Below, one piece after another: positions 47,515 to 59,543 of a stretch of DNA of 64,000 nucleotides (positions are counted from its first letter, which is position 1; each line of letters starts with the position of its first letter). The notes beneath the pieces were generated by a model. The model did not search any database. It was not told the origin of the DNA and saw only the letters and a program-made list of their open reading frames with translations. Both the position numbers and the translations under genes were made by a program. Origin of the DNA: Bilabrum cf. latius (taxonomy: Eukaryota); NCBI GenBank assembly GCA_965178125.1, contig OZ237772.1, positions 496,001-560,000 of the forward strand, given 5' to 3'.

Positions 47515-50500
47515 ACGGCCTCCTTGCCACCACGACCCCAGCCGAATCGTTGTCCTGCTCGCCCCCGTCCTCGTCCTCGTCCTCACTGGCATCGTACCGT
47601 ACATCCCCCCTAGTTCTTCTACCACCACCACGCAAGCCCTTCTCCTCGTCCAGATCCCCTTCTTCCTGCAGCTGCCGGAGCAGCTCCCGTTGCTGCATGG
47701 CCAGCAGCAGCTGGGACGCCCGCTTGGCTCGCCGCCCACGCCCTCCCCTCAGGAAGCTCAGTCGGTGTCGCCTGGCTCTCTTCCTCCTGGACGCATCGTC
47801 CCCGGCCCCCTTGAGGGCCTCCTGGTCCTCCGCAGTGAGGCCCACAATGTCAGCGGGGTGTCCGTCATCCACCGCCTGCGTCCGGCTGGATGCGAGAGGA
47901 TACAGGGAGGACATGCGCGACCACGCGCCAAGCAGCAGCGCAAGGCCGCCAAGATCAAGCGCGAGTCCAGAGGCAAGGGTCACAGGGGCCGCCAGGGGCC
48001 CATCGGCCCAGCCCTGCCCCACGCCCGGTAGGCTGGACCCGCCGGGCACCACCAGCAGCATGGCCAATACGAGTGCCTGCAGCCCCCCCACGGCCAGCAT
48101 GGGCAAAATGGTGGCGGGCAGGTGGTGGTCCAGCAGCTCGGCCAGAGTCACCTGGGCTCGGGTACGCCAGTGCTTGCGGGGGTCACTGAATGTGTGGTAG
48201 TATGGGTCCAGGTCCCCCACCCCGAGCAGAACGTACAGGAGAGCCAGCTGAGGAGCCACCAAGCTAGCGCCGACTAGGACCAGCAGCAGGGGCATCCACG
48301 CCAGCAGAGACTGACTCCACATGCCACCGAAGCATGCGCAGCAGCAGCAGTACGCCCCCAGCCCGCAGCAATCGTCCTCAATCCCTTGCGCGCTGTCCGC
48401 CTCCAGCACCAGCCTGGCTTCCTCATCGTCCTCCTCGGCCCGCCCCTGCCCCTGGTCCTCAAGTGCCTTGGGCCCGCATCGGCAGCACGAGCACACACTC
48501 CCGCAAGCTTTGTCGCAGGGACTGGGCCCCAACGCGATGGTGAGGCCCCACCAGAACCTCCAGCCCAAAAAGTCGCCGAACAGGCAGTGCGGCACCACGG
48601 CCAGCACAGCAGATGCAATCACCAGCGCCATAAGCACAGCCACCCGCCAGTCGCTGATCTGACCCGCGAAATGAACCCACAGCAAAGCGGACTCCCCAGT
48701 TGTGCCCGTAAGATCCTAATCGCCTTCTCCATCCTCCTGCTACCCGCCCCCTCTGCCGGTCCCAGGCACGCTTACTTGGTCCAGGGGCAGCGACAGCTCG
48801 GCAGATGCTGCTGCATCTATAGCATCGGCCGGGCTGCCCCCCCTCCAGAGCATCCCCACCACAGCCAGTGGCACTATGGAGCCCATCACCAGCAGCGCGA
48901 TGGCCCCGCACCACAGGCAGGGAACACACACCTGGCCCTCCACCGGCTGCAGGAGCCGTGAACCGAACAGGAGCTGTGGCCTGCGCCCCCCAAGCCCCAG
49001 TGCAGCCGCTGCCTTAACCGAAGCATCGCCCCCCAAGTCGTCCACATGCCCCCTGCCTACCAGCGCCTCTGCAATCGAGAGGGGCCGCCCCCCCACCTCA
49101 CCCAGCTGGTTCGCGTCATCATCGTCCCATCCCACATCGTCCTCTGGCTCCACTCCGGCATCCGGCCCGCCCCTTCGGATGTCACGTATGCTCTTGCTGC
49201 GCATCACAAGCACCTTGTGTTCGCGGTCCGTGAGGCCTGGTTTATCCGGCACGCCAGCCACGGGAGCTCTTGATCGATTGTCGTTGCCCCCACCCAAAGG
49301 TGCCCCAGGTACCCGTTCCGCTTGCCCCTGCCCCAGTCCCTGCCCCCCTGCAGGCTCAATGGCGCCAGTGCACAGCCCGCAGCACCCCACAGCATCGGGA
49401 CCAGGTGCAGCAACCGCCTTTGTCGAGGCCTCGTCGATGGCGGCGTCCATCTCGGCCTCGGGCCCGCCCCCGCCTGCGCTGATGCGAGCAGCAGCCAGCA
49501 TGGTCTCGGCGCTGGTGGTGGCCCATGACCTGGCCCACGCAATGCCCCGATGCGCCAACATGAGACCGGAGGGACCCACTGCAAGAGCCACTGCTGCCAT
49601 CACCTGGGCCACCACGAGAGACTGCGGCGGGGACTCCTCTCCAGCCACTGCCGCCCCTCTGTCAGCGGCCGCAGCATACCTGAATCGGAGGAACACACCA
49701 GGACCCGTGGACAGGGTGGCCATGGCCATGGGCAGTAGCAGGGACTACGATGCGGCGAACTCTGGCACCGAGGCGCCCAGGTATGGCGCCAGCGGCAGCA
49801 GCGGCAGCATAAGCAGTCCCCACACCGGGCGGGCAGATCGCTTGAAGCATACATACATCGCGGCACAGGCTCGCCTCCCTGTGCACGACCCCAGGCAGGA
49901 TTCCACTGCAGCACCCAGCCCTGCCAGCACCCGCATGAGCCACGCCGCCCCCACAACGACCATCGGCACCACGGCAAAGATGCGCGCTGCATCCACCTCC
50001 CCCGGTCGCAGCCCGTGGTCTGCCTCGCCGAACGCCCACGCGATGTCGACCCACATGGACGCCGTCAGTAGCCCGCCAGCCACGAGTTGCATGTAGGATC
50101 TCCAGGAGCACCAGAGCAAGAGGCAGCGAGAGGGACAGCAGTGCGACCACACACCGCAGCAGGGACACAGCGTCTCGCTGCACCCCGGAGGCGCGAGCGG
50201 GCAGGATTCCTCGGGACACAGGCACCAGCAGCAGGCACGCAGGCCGCACCAGGACGGGCAGCACGGAATGCAGCAGCAACTGCTTCCCGATGCTGCGCCA
50301 GGCTTGATGCCGAGCCTCTCTTCCTCGTCCTTTCCCTCTGGCTCTGGCTCATCTGGCTGGTCTTCGCCTTGGGTCGCATGTTTCGATTGCTTATCTCCCC
50401 CGCCGGCGCTCGCCTCCGGGATCGGTGCTGGCTGAACTTTATTTTTGACAAATGAGCCTCCTAGTCGTGGCAATGGTTTCAGGTCGGCGTTTCCTAGAAG

Positions 50501-50686
50501 GCGCCGAGGGCTGCCCCTAACTGGAGACCTCACCGCCAGCTTTCCCACATCCCGCTGAAAGGCTCTCTGCAGCGGTGATGCTGCCCCAGATCGACTTCCA
50601 ACAAACGATGGATTGCGTGCCAATGCCTGCTGCGAGGCACTTGCCCATCCATCGAACCTTTCATGAAGTTTCACACCCTACTACAT
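47462..50686 (-). CDS. Hypothetical multi-pass membrane protein with Cys-rich segments
   Basis: ORFs 49745, 48740 and 47489 are in one frame joined by TAG; many hydrophobic helices; ends ...EVS**A*GAEAV-TGA at 47462. Confidence 0.72.
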
Positions 50687-50951
50687 CGCGCCTCCAATCA
50701 ACGGAACTCGGCAAGACCGTTCTATGCCACAAGATATCTGTACGAAGTACAGTCCAATCCAAGTCTGGACTAATTCAAGTAGAATCCATGTAATTCAAGC
50801 GCATGTAATAAACGATCACACGAACCCGTGTGAAGCGCAAAGCCAAGCACCCACTCCACCGGTGCTTGCCGGCGCCGCGCATTGGCACAGTGCGGAACCA
50901 ATGCTTAGCACGCAGAAAACGCTGCTTGTGGGCACTTCGATCTCGAGTACT

Positions 50952-53900
50952 ATGCTGTTCTGGCCACTAATTGCGTGTATAGCAGTTGAGGCACTGCCGG
51001 GGGTACAGTGGAAGATTCTGAGCCCGAGCATAGCTGATCAGGACAGGTCCACGAATCATCCACATCCGCAAATACGCTACTCCCACGCATCTGAGGCGAT
51101 TGATATGGGAGAAGAAGGTGTTTCATTGCTAGTTTCGCTTGGTTATAACCATCACGGCAAACCCACCTGGTTTGGCGACTCCTGGATCACAGACCTCGAC
51201 GGTCAATCCAACGTGTAGAAAGGTTCGCAAGACGCCATTTCTACCCATGGAGACGTCTCGAGCACATTGTTCCCGGCAAATTGGCGCTAGATAGCATATG
51301 CCCCAGGTCAGCCCGCCCCGGTGGCAAGGTACGGACACGCCATGTTGCTGGCTGCACCGGATACGGTCCTAGTGTTTGGCGGCGACGACGGAGGCCATCT
51401 CAAGTCCCAGGGTTATCACTGGGGTTCTTACCGGCGCGATATGTGGTTATTATCCGCACAGCAGGGCGTCTGGTCTGAATTGAGGGCGCGCGCCAGTGAT
51501 GTATCCCCGGGCATGGGAGAGGCCTGGCCCCCTGCAGTGGCCCTGCACACCCTCACCGGGGTCTACGGCCTCGCTTCGGAGTGGGTGCGGTAGCAAGGGA
51601 AGGAGGGTCTTCTGCCGGCAGAGTGCGATGGTGCGTCACTTTCACAGTCCCGGAGTCAATCCGGCGACGATGCCGGTGGGGATGACACAGATGGAGAGGG
51701 CGAGGGCGAGGGGGAGGGGGGTGTGGGGGGCGCGCTGGGAAGCGGCAGATCCCGCGCTGCAGACTCTCCCCGGCTGCAGTTCGCACTTCTCTTCGGAGGC
51801 TTGGCGCGGTCGGACCACAGCCCCTCTGCCCCTCGCCCTGAGGGTCTGAGTCTGGGTCGTGGCCACAATGAGAAAGGCGATGGACACGGGCAAGGGGAGG
51901 GCGAGGGCTTGCGGGGGCACGCATCGTCCAGTTGGGACGGGCGGGGCTCCCACGCCGAGACGCTCGCCGAATTGTCGAGGGGAAAGCACTGGGAGAGAAT
52001 CGACGGAAAGGTGGTTGCCATTTCCACTGCCACTGAGTAGGAGAAGGGCGGGGATAGTGAGAGCCCTGCAGGAGTCATAGGGTCAAGCACAGCAGGGGCA
52101 GCAGAGACAAAGCAACAAGATGGGACTAACGGGAAAGGCACCAAGTTGGCCTAGGGCATTGAGTCAGTGAGCTCAGGCGAGAATGGTGCCTCTGTTCCGG
52201 CCGAGAGGGGAGAGACGTCCCCATCACCGACACCAGGCCCTTCTATGGACCTGGGTCTGGGCCTGGGTCTGAGCCCAGGCCTGGGCCTGGACACGGAAGG
52301 TATGTCTCGAGTGCTTGGGTGGCCAGACGAGGATACAGAGCCTCTGCCGGCAGGGAGGGGTGTCCTGCAGCGGACAGGGCATGCCTCCGAAGAATAGCGC
52401 CGCTCAACCACCCACTCTAAGCGCAGGCTTGCGAACGCCTCGAAGACCTCCCGGTCTTAGCGCCCATCATCTCGGTCTCAATCGCCCACGCATGACTCGG
52501 CTGACCTATGGGTCCTGGTAGCTCCGCTGGACGTCGGTGTGGGGGGTGCAGCAGCTTCAGAGCCGGCAGCAGGTGCGGGGGTGCAGCGCATGGGGGCCAG
52601 TGGGTGGCGGTGGTGGCATGCTGGTGGCATGCACGCCCCTCACAGCAGCGAAGATGGAGAGCTTCATGCCCACGCACACCCAAGTGATACCAGGCACCAT
52701 AGTGGTGCAGGAGGAGATCCCATCGCTCAGGTACCGTGCGCGCACGACGTGATGCTCCCAGCCGAGCAGGGCGCGATTGCATCTGCACCGGCAGTGCGCG
52801 GCACGTGGCAGTGGGACGACCGATTGGGTCCAAAGCCGGCAAGTGAGGCCGACATGCCCTGGCCGCAGCCTAGGCACGGGCATGCATCCGTGTTCGTACC
52901 AGACCCGGCCCGGCCCGGTGATGTGCAGGGGAGCGAGGTGGATGGCTCACAGGACGGGCCCGAGTGGCGGGAGGTGCAGCGCGGTGCTGGCAGGCTGTTC
53001 GTATTCGGGGGATCCTCCCAGCGGTGCGAGCCGCCGGGCGGTGCACAGCTGCCTGAGGGCATGCGGTTCAAGTACGGGGGCTTCCACGCCGCCACCAAGC
53101 CGCTCAAGGCAGTATCAGGGACAGCGCATGGATCTGCACACAGCCCGCCAGTGCCCCCCGCCCGGCCCTAGTCGTGCCTGCTGTCGGATCTCTGGGCCCT
53201 TGAGGTATCGTGGGAGAGGGAGCGTAGGCAGCCGAAGCGCCTGACCATGGTGAATGGGAGGGTGCCATCCCTGGCGGAGGCCTCCTATGGCACCCTGTCC
53301 GTTACACTCCACGGGTGGACGAGAGTGTAGGGTCCACCAGAGGCTGAAGGGGCGCGCCCCCCTGCGGCCCCCTTGCACTCCAGCGAGTTCGCTGCTGTAG
53401 AGGGACCCAGAGCCATCGGCAGCAGCCCGGGCTCGTCTGGCTTGTGGCCCAGCCCCAGGGCACACGCGACCATGGTGTGGCTTGCTGACTCGCTGCTGGT
53501 GTATGGAGGGGCGCGATGCTCACCGGGGTGCACCTGTCTGTGCGACGCGTGGCGAGTGCAGATCGTGGGGGCGGGCAAGAGCGGCGATGGCCAGCTCCGA
53601 GGGGAAGCGGGCGGCTCGCCTGCCCGCAGTAGCCCGATGGAGGCCCGGTGGCACTTTGCAGGGCCTGATGCAGCGGCTGCGGCCTGGGGCACGGCGGCTG
53701 GCGCTCGCACGCCCACCAACTTCCACTCGGTTTGCGGCCCAAACCAGCGGGGTACTCGGGACTAGGCTGCCAGCGGGGCGCTGGGTATCGGACTGGCACA
53801 GGTGGGCGACAAGTTCCGCGGCATGGAGATCCAGTCGTGGCACGGTGTGCCTGCGAGGAGGTACAGGCATTCCATGAGCGGGCGGGGGGCGACTCGCGCG

Positions 53901-54821
53901 GCCCTAATGCTGGCCTGCGGACTAGAGGCACATCATGGACAGGAAGAGGATGGAAGTGGGCACGCCCAAGGACACGGCTGGGCGAGCCTCAGCCCCGGTG
54001 TGTCTTCAGCTGACCGACTGCCCTCTGTGGATGCACTGGCCCGGGGCCCATCCAAGGCGGTTCTATTCGGTGGCGAGGCCTACGGGCCCTCTACGTACTA
54101 CTCTGACCTATGGGAGGTGCGTGCTGCAGAGGTACCCGCGGGTGGACTGATGGCGCGGGCGAGTGCCTCCCTGGCAGCAGCAGGAGACGCGCTGCTGGAC
54201 GTGCTCGGGATCCGGCCCAAGAAGAAGAGCAAGTAGATCCAGACTGCCAGTGGGGTGGCCCTGCCCCAAGGTGGGGAGGCTGGCCAAGGGAGTGCACGGG
54301 CTGGCGCTGGCGCAGAGAGCAGTAGTAAAGGAGGCACCGATGACAGACCAACCGGGGCAAGGACAGGGCGCGATGAGGCCGATGACAGACCAACCGGGGC
54401 AAGGACAGGGCGCGATGAGGCCAAGGCCAGGAACATCGCCTTGGACCGCGGCGCTGACATGCACTTCCTCGTGTGGCTCACCATGGCTGGGTGTGTCTGC
54501 TTTGGGGTCGTCGCGGTGGGCCTTCAGGGAGTTTTATGGTCGACTGGATCCACTGCCAGTGTATGTCCCTGCCAGCAGCGGGTAGGTGGTGGGCATAGGG
54601 TGGAGCATCGTGCTGGTAGTGCTGGGCCCTCAGGGCCACCGGCATTGAAGCGTCGGGGGACCAACGGAACGCACGGCGCTAGAGATCCCGTAAATGGAGA
54701 GTTAGACGTAGAGATCGGTACGACGAATGGCACGCATATGTATGAGCCAGTCCATGGCGGTGCTGCGAGTGTGGGAGAGGGAAAGATCCGGCGAAGAGGA
54801 GGTGATGCGCACGAGGATTGA
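50952..54821 (+). CDS. ~1289-aa Kelch-repeat type I membrane protein
   Basis: Eight track ORFs in one frame joined only by TAG. Signal peptide MLFWPLIACIAVEA; Kelch motifs ARYGHAM...LVFGGDDG...DMW, PRHGHASV...LFVFGG, PRAHATMV...LVYGG, VLFGGE...YSDLW; C-terminal TM FLVWLTMAGCVCFGVVAVGL; ends TGA. Confidence 0.82.
54337..54422 (+). repeat. 42-bp in-frame tandem duplication (DDRPTGARTGRDEA x2)
   Basis: Two identical copies read directly from the sequence. Confidence 0.92.
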
Positions 54822-54907
54822 ACTTCCGGTTTCATTGGTACCCACCGCCGGCGACAGATGCGACCAGATTCATTACCAAACAGCCCCTCCGTACAAGTTT
54901 TTGTAGC

Positions 54908-57900
54908 ATGCGACTTCATTCCATAGCTCGCCGCATGCAGCCTCACTTTCCAAAACTGCCTTGGAGCCTGGCCAGATACAATGTGAACAACGCCGCCACG
55001 GTCTCGCTCCCACCTCGCCAGAGTAAGCTTGTAACGGCAAACCACTGAGGGTCCATCCCATGTGCATAAGTCAAGTTCTATCTATTTTGCCGTTTTGATC
55101 ACCCCGCAGGATCCCCAATGGCGTCGGCCTACGACCCTAGCACGGAGATGGAGTGGGATGCTTGGTGGTAGCAGCATTTGGTAGCTCCAGGTGCAGCAAA
55201 GCGCATGATTAGTGGTATAGGCGAATCAAATAATACATTTTCAATGCTGCTGCCCCCGCCAAACGTGACTGGGGCGCTCCATGTTGGCCATGCGCTTACA
55301 GTTACGCTACAGGACGCTCTTGCTCGCTGGCAACGCGCGAGAGGTAAGCGGGTAGTATGGGTGCCGGGCCTGGATCATGCGGGGATTGCCACACAAGCAG
55401 TGGTCGAGAGGGAGCTGCTTCGCACCCAAGGCCTCACTCGGCATGATCTAGGCAGAGAAGAGTTCGTGCGGCGCGTCCATGAATGGACCAGGGAGTATGG
55501 TGGGCGCATTCGGCAGCAGATCAGGCGCATGGGGGCAAGTCTCGACTGGAGAAGAGAATTCTTCACGCTAGATGAGTAGAGGAGCAAGGCAGTCCGCAGG
55601 GCTTTCGTCCGCATGGCGCGGTCTGGCCTGCTATACCGGTCCACTCGCAAGGTGCACTGGTGCCCGCACCTGCGCACTGCCCTCTCCGATGCAGAGGTAG
55701 AGCCCACTAGAGTCAAGAACCAGATCCTGCATCTGCCTGTGCCGGGTGGTAACGGTGCAAATGCTGCACATGGCAGTAACAGTGGCACGCGCCCAGTCCG
55801 ACTCGGACTACTGTACTCGATCGGATACCCCCTGGCCCCGGACGCCCTGGCTTTAGTCTAGGACCACCAGGGGTCTGCTGTGGCTGAGTATCACGCTTCC
55901 ATGCAGGACTGGGGCACGGCCTCGTCCCACGAAGAGGGTGCATCTGAGGGCTCAGATAAGCCAGAGACAGAGTCAGGGAGTGCCTTGACACCCAGCGTGC
56001 CTGTCCTCCTAGTGGAAACGACTCGCCCCGAGACGCTGCTGGGCGACGTGGCAGTTGCGGTGCACCCTGAAGATGGCAGGCTCGGTCCGATGGCAGCCGC
56101 GGGGTGCCATGTAGTGCAGCCCATGTCCCTTCCAGGAACAGAGGAGGGGGTACAGGCAGCCATGCAGGCGCTGCGGGAGGGGTTTGCTTCAGGTGGAGCG
56201 GAAGGCATGAAGCGAGCAGCTAATGCTGTGGGGATTCAGCTGGTGCCCATCGTGGCTGACCCAGTTCTAGTGGACCCTGAGCTCGGCACAGGCGCGGTGA
56301 AGGTGACCCCGCACCACGACCCCTCGGACAGGGAGTGCGCCGATCGGCTGGGACTTCCCCTGGGCTCTCCCGTGTACGGGCCGGACGGTGTGGTGCGAGG
56401 TCTGTTCCAAGGCAGCGCTGCTGGGGCCCAGCTGGCGGGGTAGGATCGGCTGGATGCAAGGCAAGGTATAGTGAGGGTATTGCAGGGGTAGGGATTGTAC
56501 TGCGGGGAACAGCCGTGGGAGATGAGCGTTCCTTTGTGCTCCAGAAGCGGGGACCTGATCGAGCCGATGTGGATGCCCCAGTGGCACGTGAGGTGCGGGC
56601 CCCTCGAGTAGGCACAAGAGCAAGGCGGACTCAGAGCAGGCCACGCACAGGTGAGCGAGTGCCCCGGTGCGACAGGTTTGATGCCCCTAGCGCGAGACAT
56701 GGTGAATTCGGGCGCAATAGACATGATGCCTGAGGATGGAGCGAAAGAATGGAACCGCTGGCTGGGAGCCAACCAGGACTGGTGCATCTCCAGGCAGCTG
56801 TGGTGGGGGCATCGTATTCCAGCTTGGGTAGTATGCGATGGTACAAGAGCTGCGCCCATATCATTTGGATGCGGGAGCAAGGCGAGCGGTGGCGAGGGTG
56901 TTGCCCTCAATTTGGATGATGCAGCTCGATAGGCGTGGGCCCGCCGAGGCGTGGTGCTGCAGGCGACAGGCGAGCCCGGCAACGAGATAGATACCACGTG
57001 GCACGCGTGGGTAGTGGCAGAAGATGCAGAGGAGGCACGCGGTCTGTGGGTGGCATTTTGCGAGGAGACATGCATAGGAAGCTCAGCAGGGTTTGGAAGC
57101 GCAGTCCTCGAGCAAGACGAAGACGTGCTGGACACGTGGTTTTCGTCAGGCCTGCTACCCCTGAGTGCTCTGGGATGGCCATGGGCCCCGGGTGAGGTAG
57201 CCGCTGTTGGTGAATCCCTGCATGCTGACTCACAGCTTCCAGGTGTATCCGTACAGGAGCACAAGCATCGAGTCAGGGGCATCGGCGGAGAGTGGGGCTA
57301 GCCGGAGTCCAGCCCTGGGCGAGGGCTAGACTTTCCGCTGGAGGAATTGCCCCCGAGTCACAGAGACATGTATCCGTTGAGCACCATGGAAACAGGGGCA
57401 GACATTCTGTTTTTCTGGGTTGCTCGCATGGCGATGATGTGCGCTTCGGCAGGACCAGATGGGCTCGGGCGGGCAGGAGACGGGGGCAATGCGGCCTCCA
57501 TGCTGCGTCCGTTCAACTAGGTCCTGCTGCATGGGATGGTGCGGGACGGAGAGGGTCGCAAGATGAGCAAGAGCAAGGGCAACGTGATCGACCCCATGCA
57601 CGTGATCCAGGGGCGGCCGCTGGAGGCTATGGTCGAGGACATCGAGCAGAACCACGTGCTGCCGGCCCGGGAGAAGAAGCGGGCCATCAAGGCAACTCGC
57701 AGGGACTTCAAGGATGGGCTCCCGCAGGCAGGCGCGGACGCACTTCGGTTTGCCATGTGCTACCATGCCTCATAGGCTGCTGGGATCAACATGGATGTGC
57801 GACGGGTGCATGAGTTCAGGCTATTCTGCAACAAGGCCTGGCAGTCAGTGCGATTCTCCTTGCAGCATATTGAGGCCGATGCTGCGGCCGTGGGTGCTGC

Positions 57901-59128
57901 GATGGGCGAGAGGCAAGGCCGTGTGGGATGCCTCCCGAGCGGGCTGGGGCTGCCGTCCTTGCCGTTGCCAGAGGCAGGCCCGCAAGCCCTGCCGCTGCCG
58001 AGCCGATGGGTTTTGAGCAGACTGGCGGCCTGCTGCGGGGACGTAGAGACGGGGTTAGAGACATTCAACATGAGCCGCAGCACGAAAGCCTTGCACCGAT
58101 GGTGGCAGCAAGATTTCTGCGACGTCTACCTTGAGTGGTCCAAGCCGGCTCTGTGGGCAGGCGGCCAGGATGCCCTGCTGCACCGAGGCACCCTGGCTGT
58201 TTGCGTGGATGCAGCTGCACGACTGCTGCAGCCCTTCATGCCACATTTAGCCGAGGAGTTCTACCAGCGGTTGCATCGGACAGGGCTTGATGGTGAAGGA
58301 GACACAGCGAAGGGAGCAGGTTGCAAGCTTGATCGGTCCCATAGCCCGGCGCCAAGCGTGGGTCTCGCTCCGTTCCCGACCTTATCCGGTACGTCTAGTT
58401 GCCTAGCCTAGGATGCTGAATGTGCACCATCCCATGGAATAGTTGAAAGGCCTATTTCCGAGTTCATGTCCGCACAGACCGAGAGCAGTTTTGGCTTCTT
58501 GCTCAATGTCGTGGCGGCCGCACGGGGCATGGCTGCAGTCCGCAGCCGCATCCTGGGCGCAGGGAGGACAGAGCCGTCTGCTAGACGATTCCTGCTTATG
58601 GCGGGGAGCCAAGAGCTCGTTGATCTGCTGGAAGAGCATCGATCCGAGCTGGAGTACCTGCTGCGATTGAGGGGGGACAGTGAGGAGGGCGGGGCTGTGC
58701 CCAAGCTGCTCGAGGTGCACCTCGCGGCTAGAGAGGAGGACGGGTCGATGGATAGGCCAGCGGGTCATATTGGTCGACTGGTGGAAGGGGGACAAGGAAT
58801 GTATGGGGGACAGCTTGCTGTGCTAGTGGCTGCCTCGCTCCCCTCTAGCTCCGACATGGGCTCTGATGGCGCGTCCAGTGCACGGGGGTTGCAGGCCGAG
58901 TCCCAGCGCCTGTACAAGAGCAGCGCCAAGCTCCTGAAGCAGATCGAGCAGATTCGCAAGAGGCAGCAGAGGGCCCAGTATCGCGACAAGACGCCCGTGC
59001 GTGTCCAGGAGAAGGACGCTCAGGCAGCTGAGGCCCTCGCGGAGCAGGCCAGCGAGCAGCAGGCACAGGCGGAGGAGCTGCTGGTCGTGGCCCGGGAGGT
59101 CGAGGTCGAAGGGGGCTCGCTGCGGTGA
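54908..59128 (+). CDS. valS: Valyl-tRNA synthetase, probably mitochondrial (exons 54908-55022, 55110-59128)
   Basis: [13 protein letters not shown] (HIGH), [103 protein letters not shown]. About 11 in-frame TAG. Presequence-like [11 protein letters not shown]. Intron 55023-55109. Ends TGA. Confidence 0.93.
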
Positions 59129-59543
59129 TTGCATCCAATTGAGTGACAATATGACAACATGGCAACAGTTTACGCAACGAAGATTAGCCTAGATCTATGC
59201 CGAATGGATCCGGAATCCAGATTCTAGAATTCATCCGATCCGTCAAGTCGAAAGCACACGTCGGATGTTGCGGTTTGTGGCAGCCTCTTTGCCCAGATGA
59301 TGCATGGATGCACAAGATCCAGGTGTGGACGCAAGTCTGGCTGGCAGATCCTACGTCGGGGCGCTCTGTGTATTTGTTGTGTCAAGTTTCGAGTAGGTCA
59401 AGCAACGAGCACCAAGCAAGCTCAGGTGAAAACCACGTGGCCAGACTCTCGCATGACAACTAGTGTATGGATACGCCCTGCTGCACGCCCAGCAAACTGC
59501 ACGTCCACTACTAATGCAGCGAAGCGATCGGCCAGCTTCGCAC

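Noticed and set aside
1019-48000. Long antisense or alternative-frame ORFs in the track (e.g. 1019-1933 +, 18302-20083 -, 25774-27129 +, 27501-29066 +, 41066-42007 +)
   Set aside because: Shadow ORFs of GC-rich genes on the opposite strand, with low-complexity translations and no recognisable motifs.
54908-59128. Pyrrolysine insertion or programmed leaky readthrough at UAG
   Set aside because: About 11-14 TAGs per gene are incompatible with leaky readthrough; the sites match Gln; no pyl genes are present and the DNA is intron-containing eukaryotic sequence.
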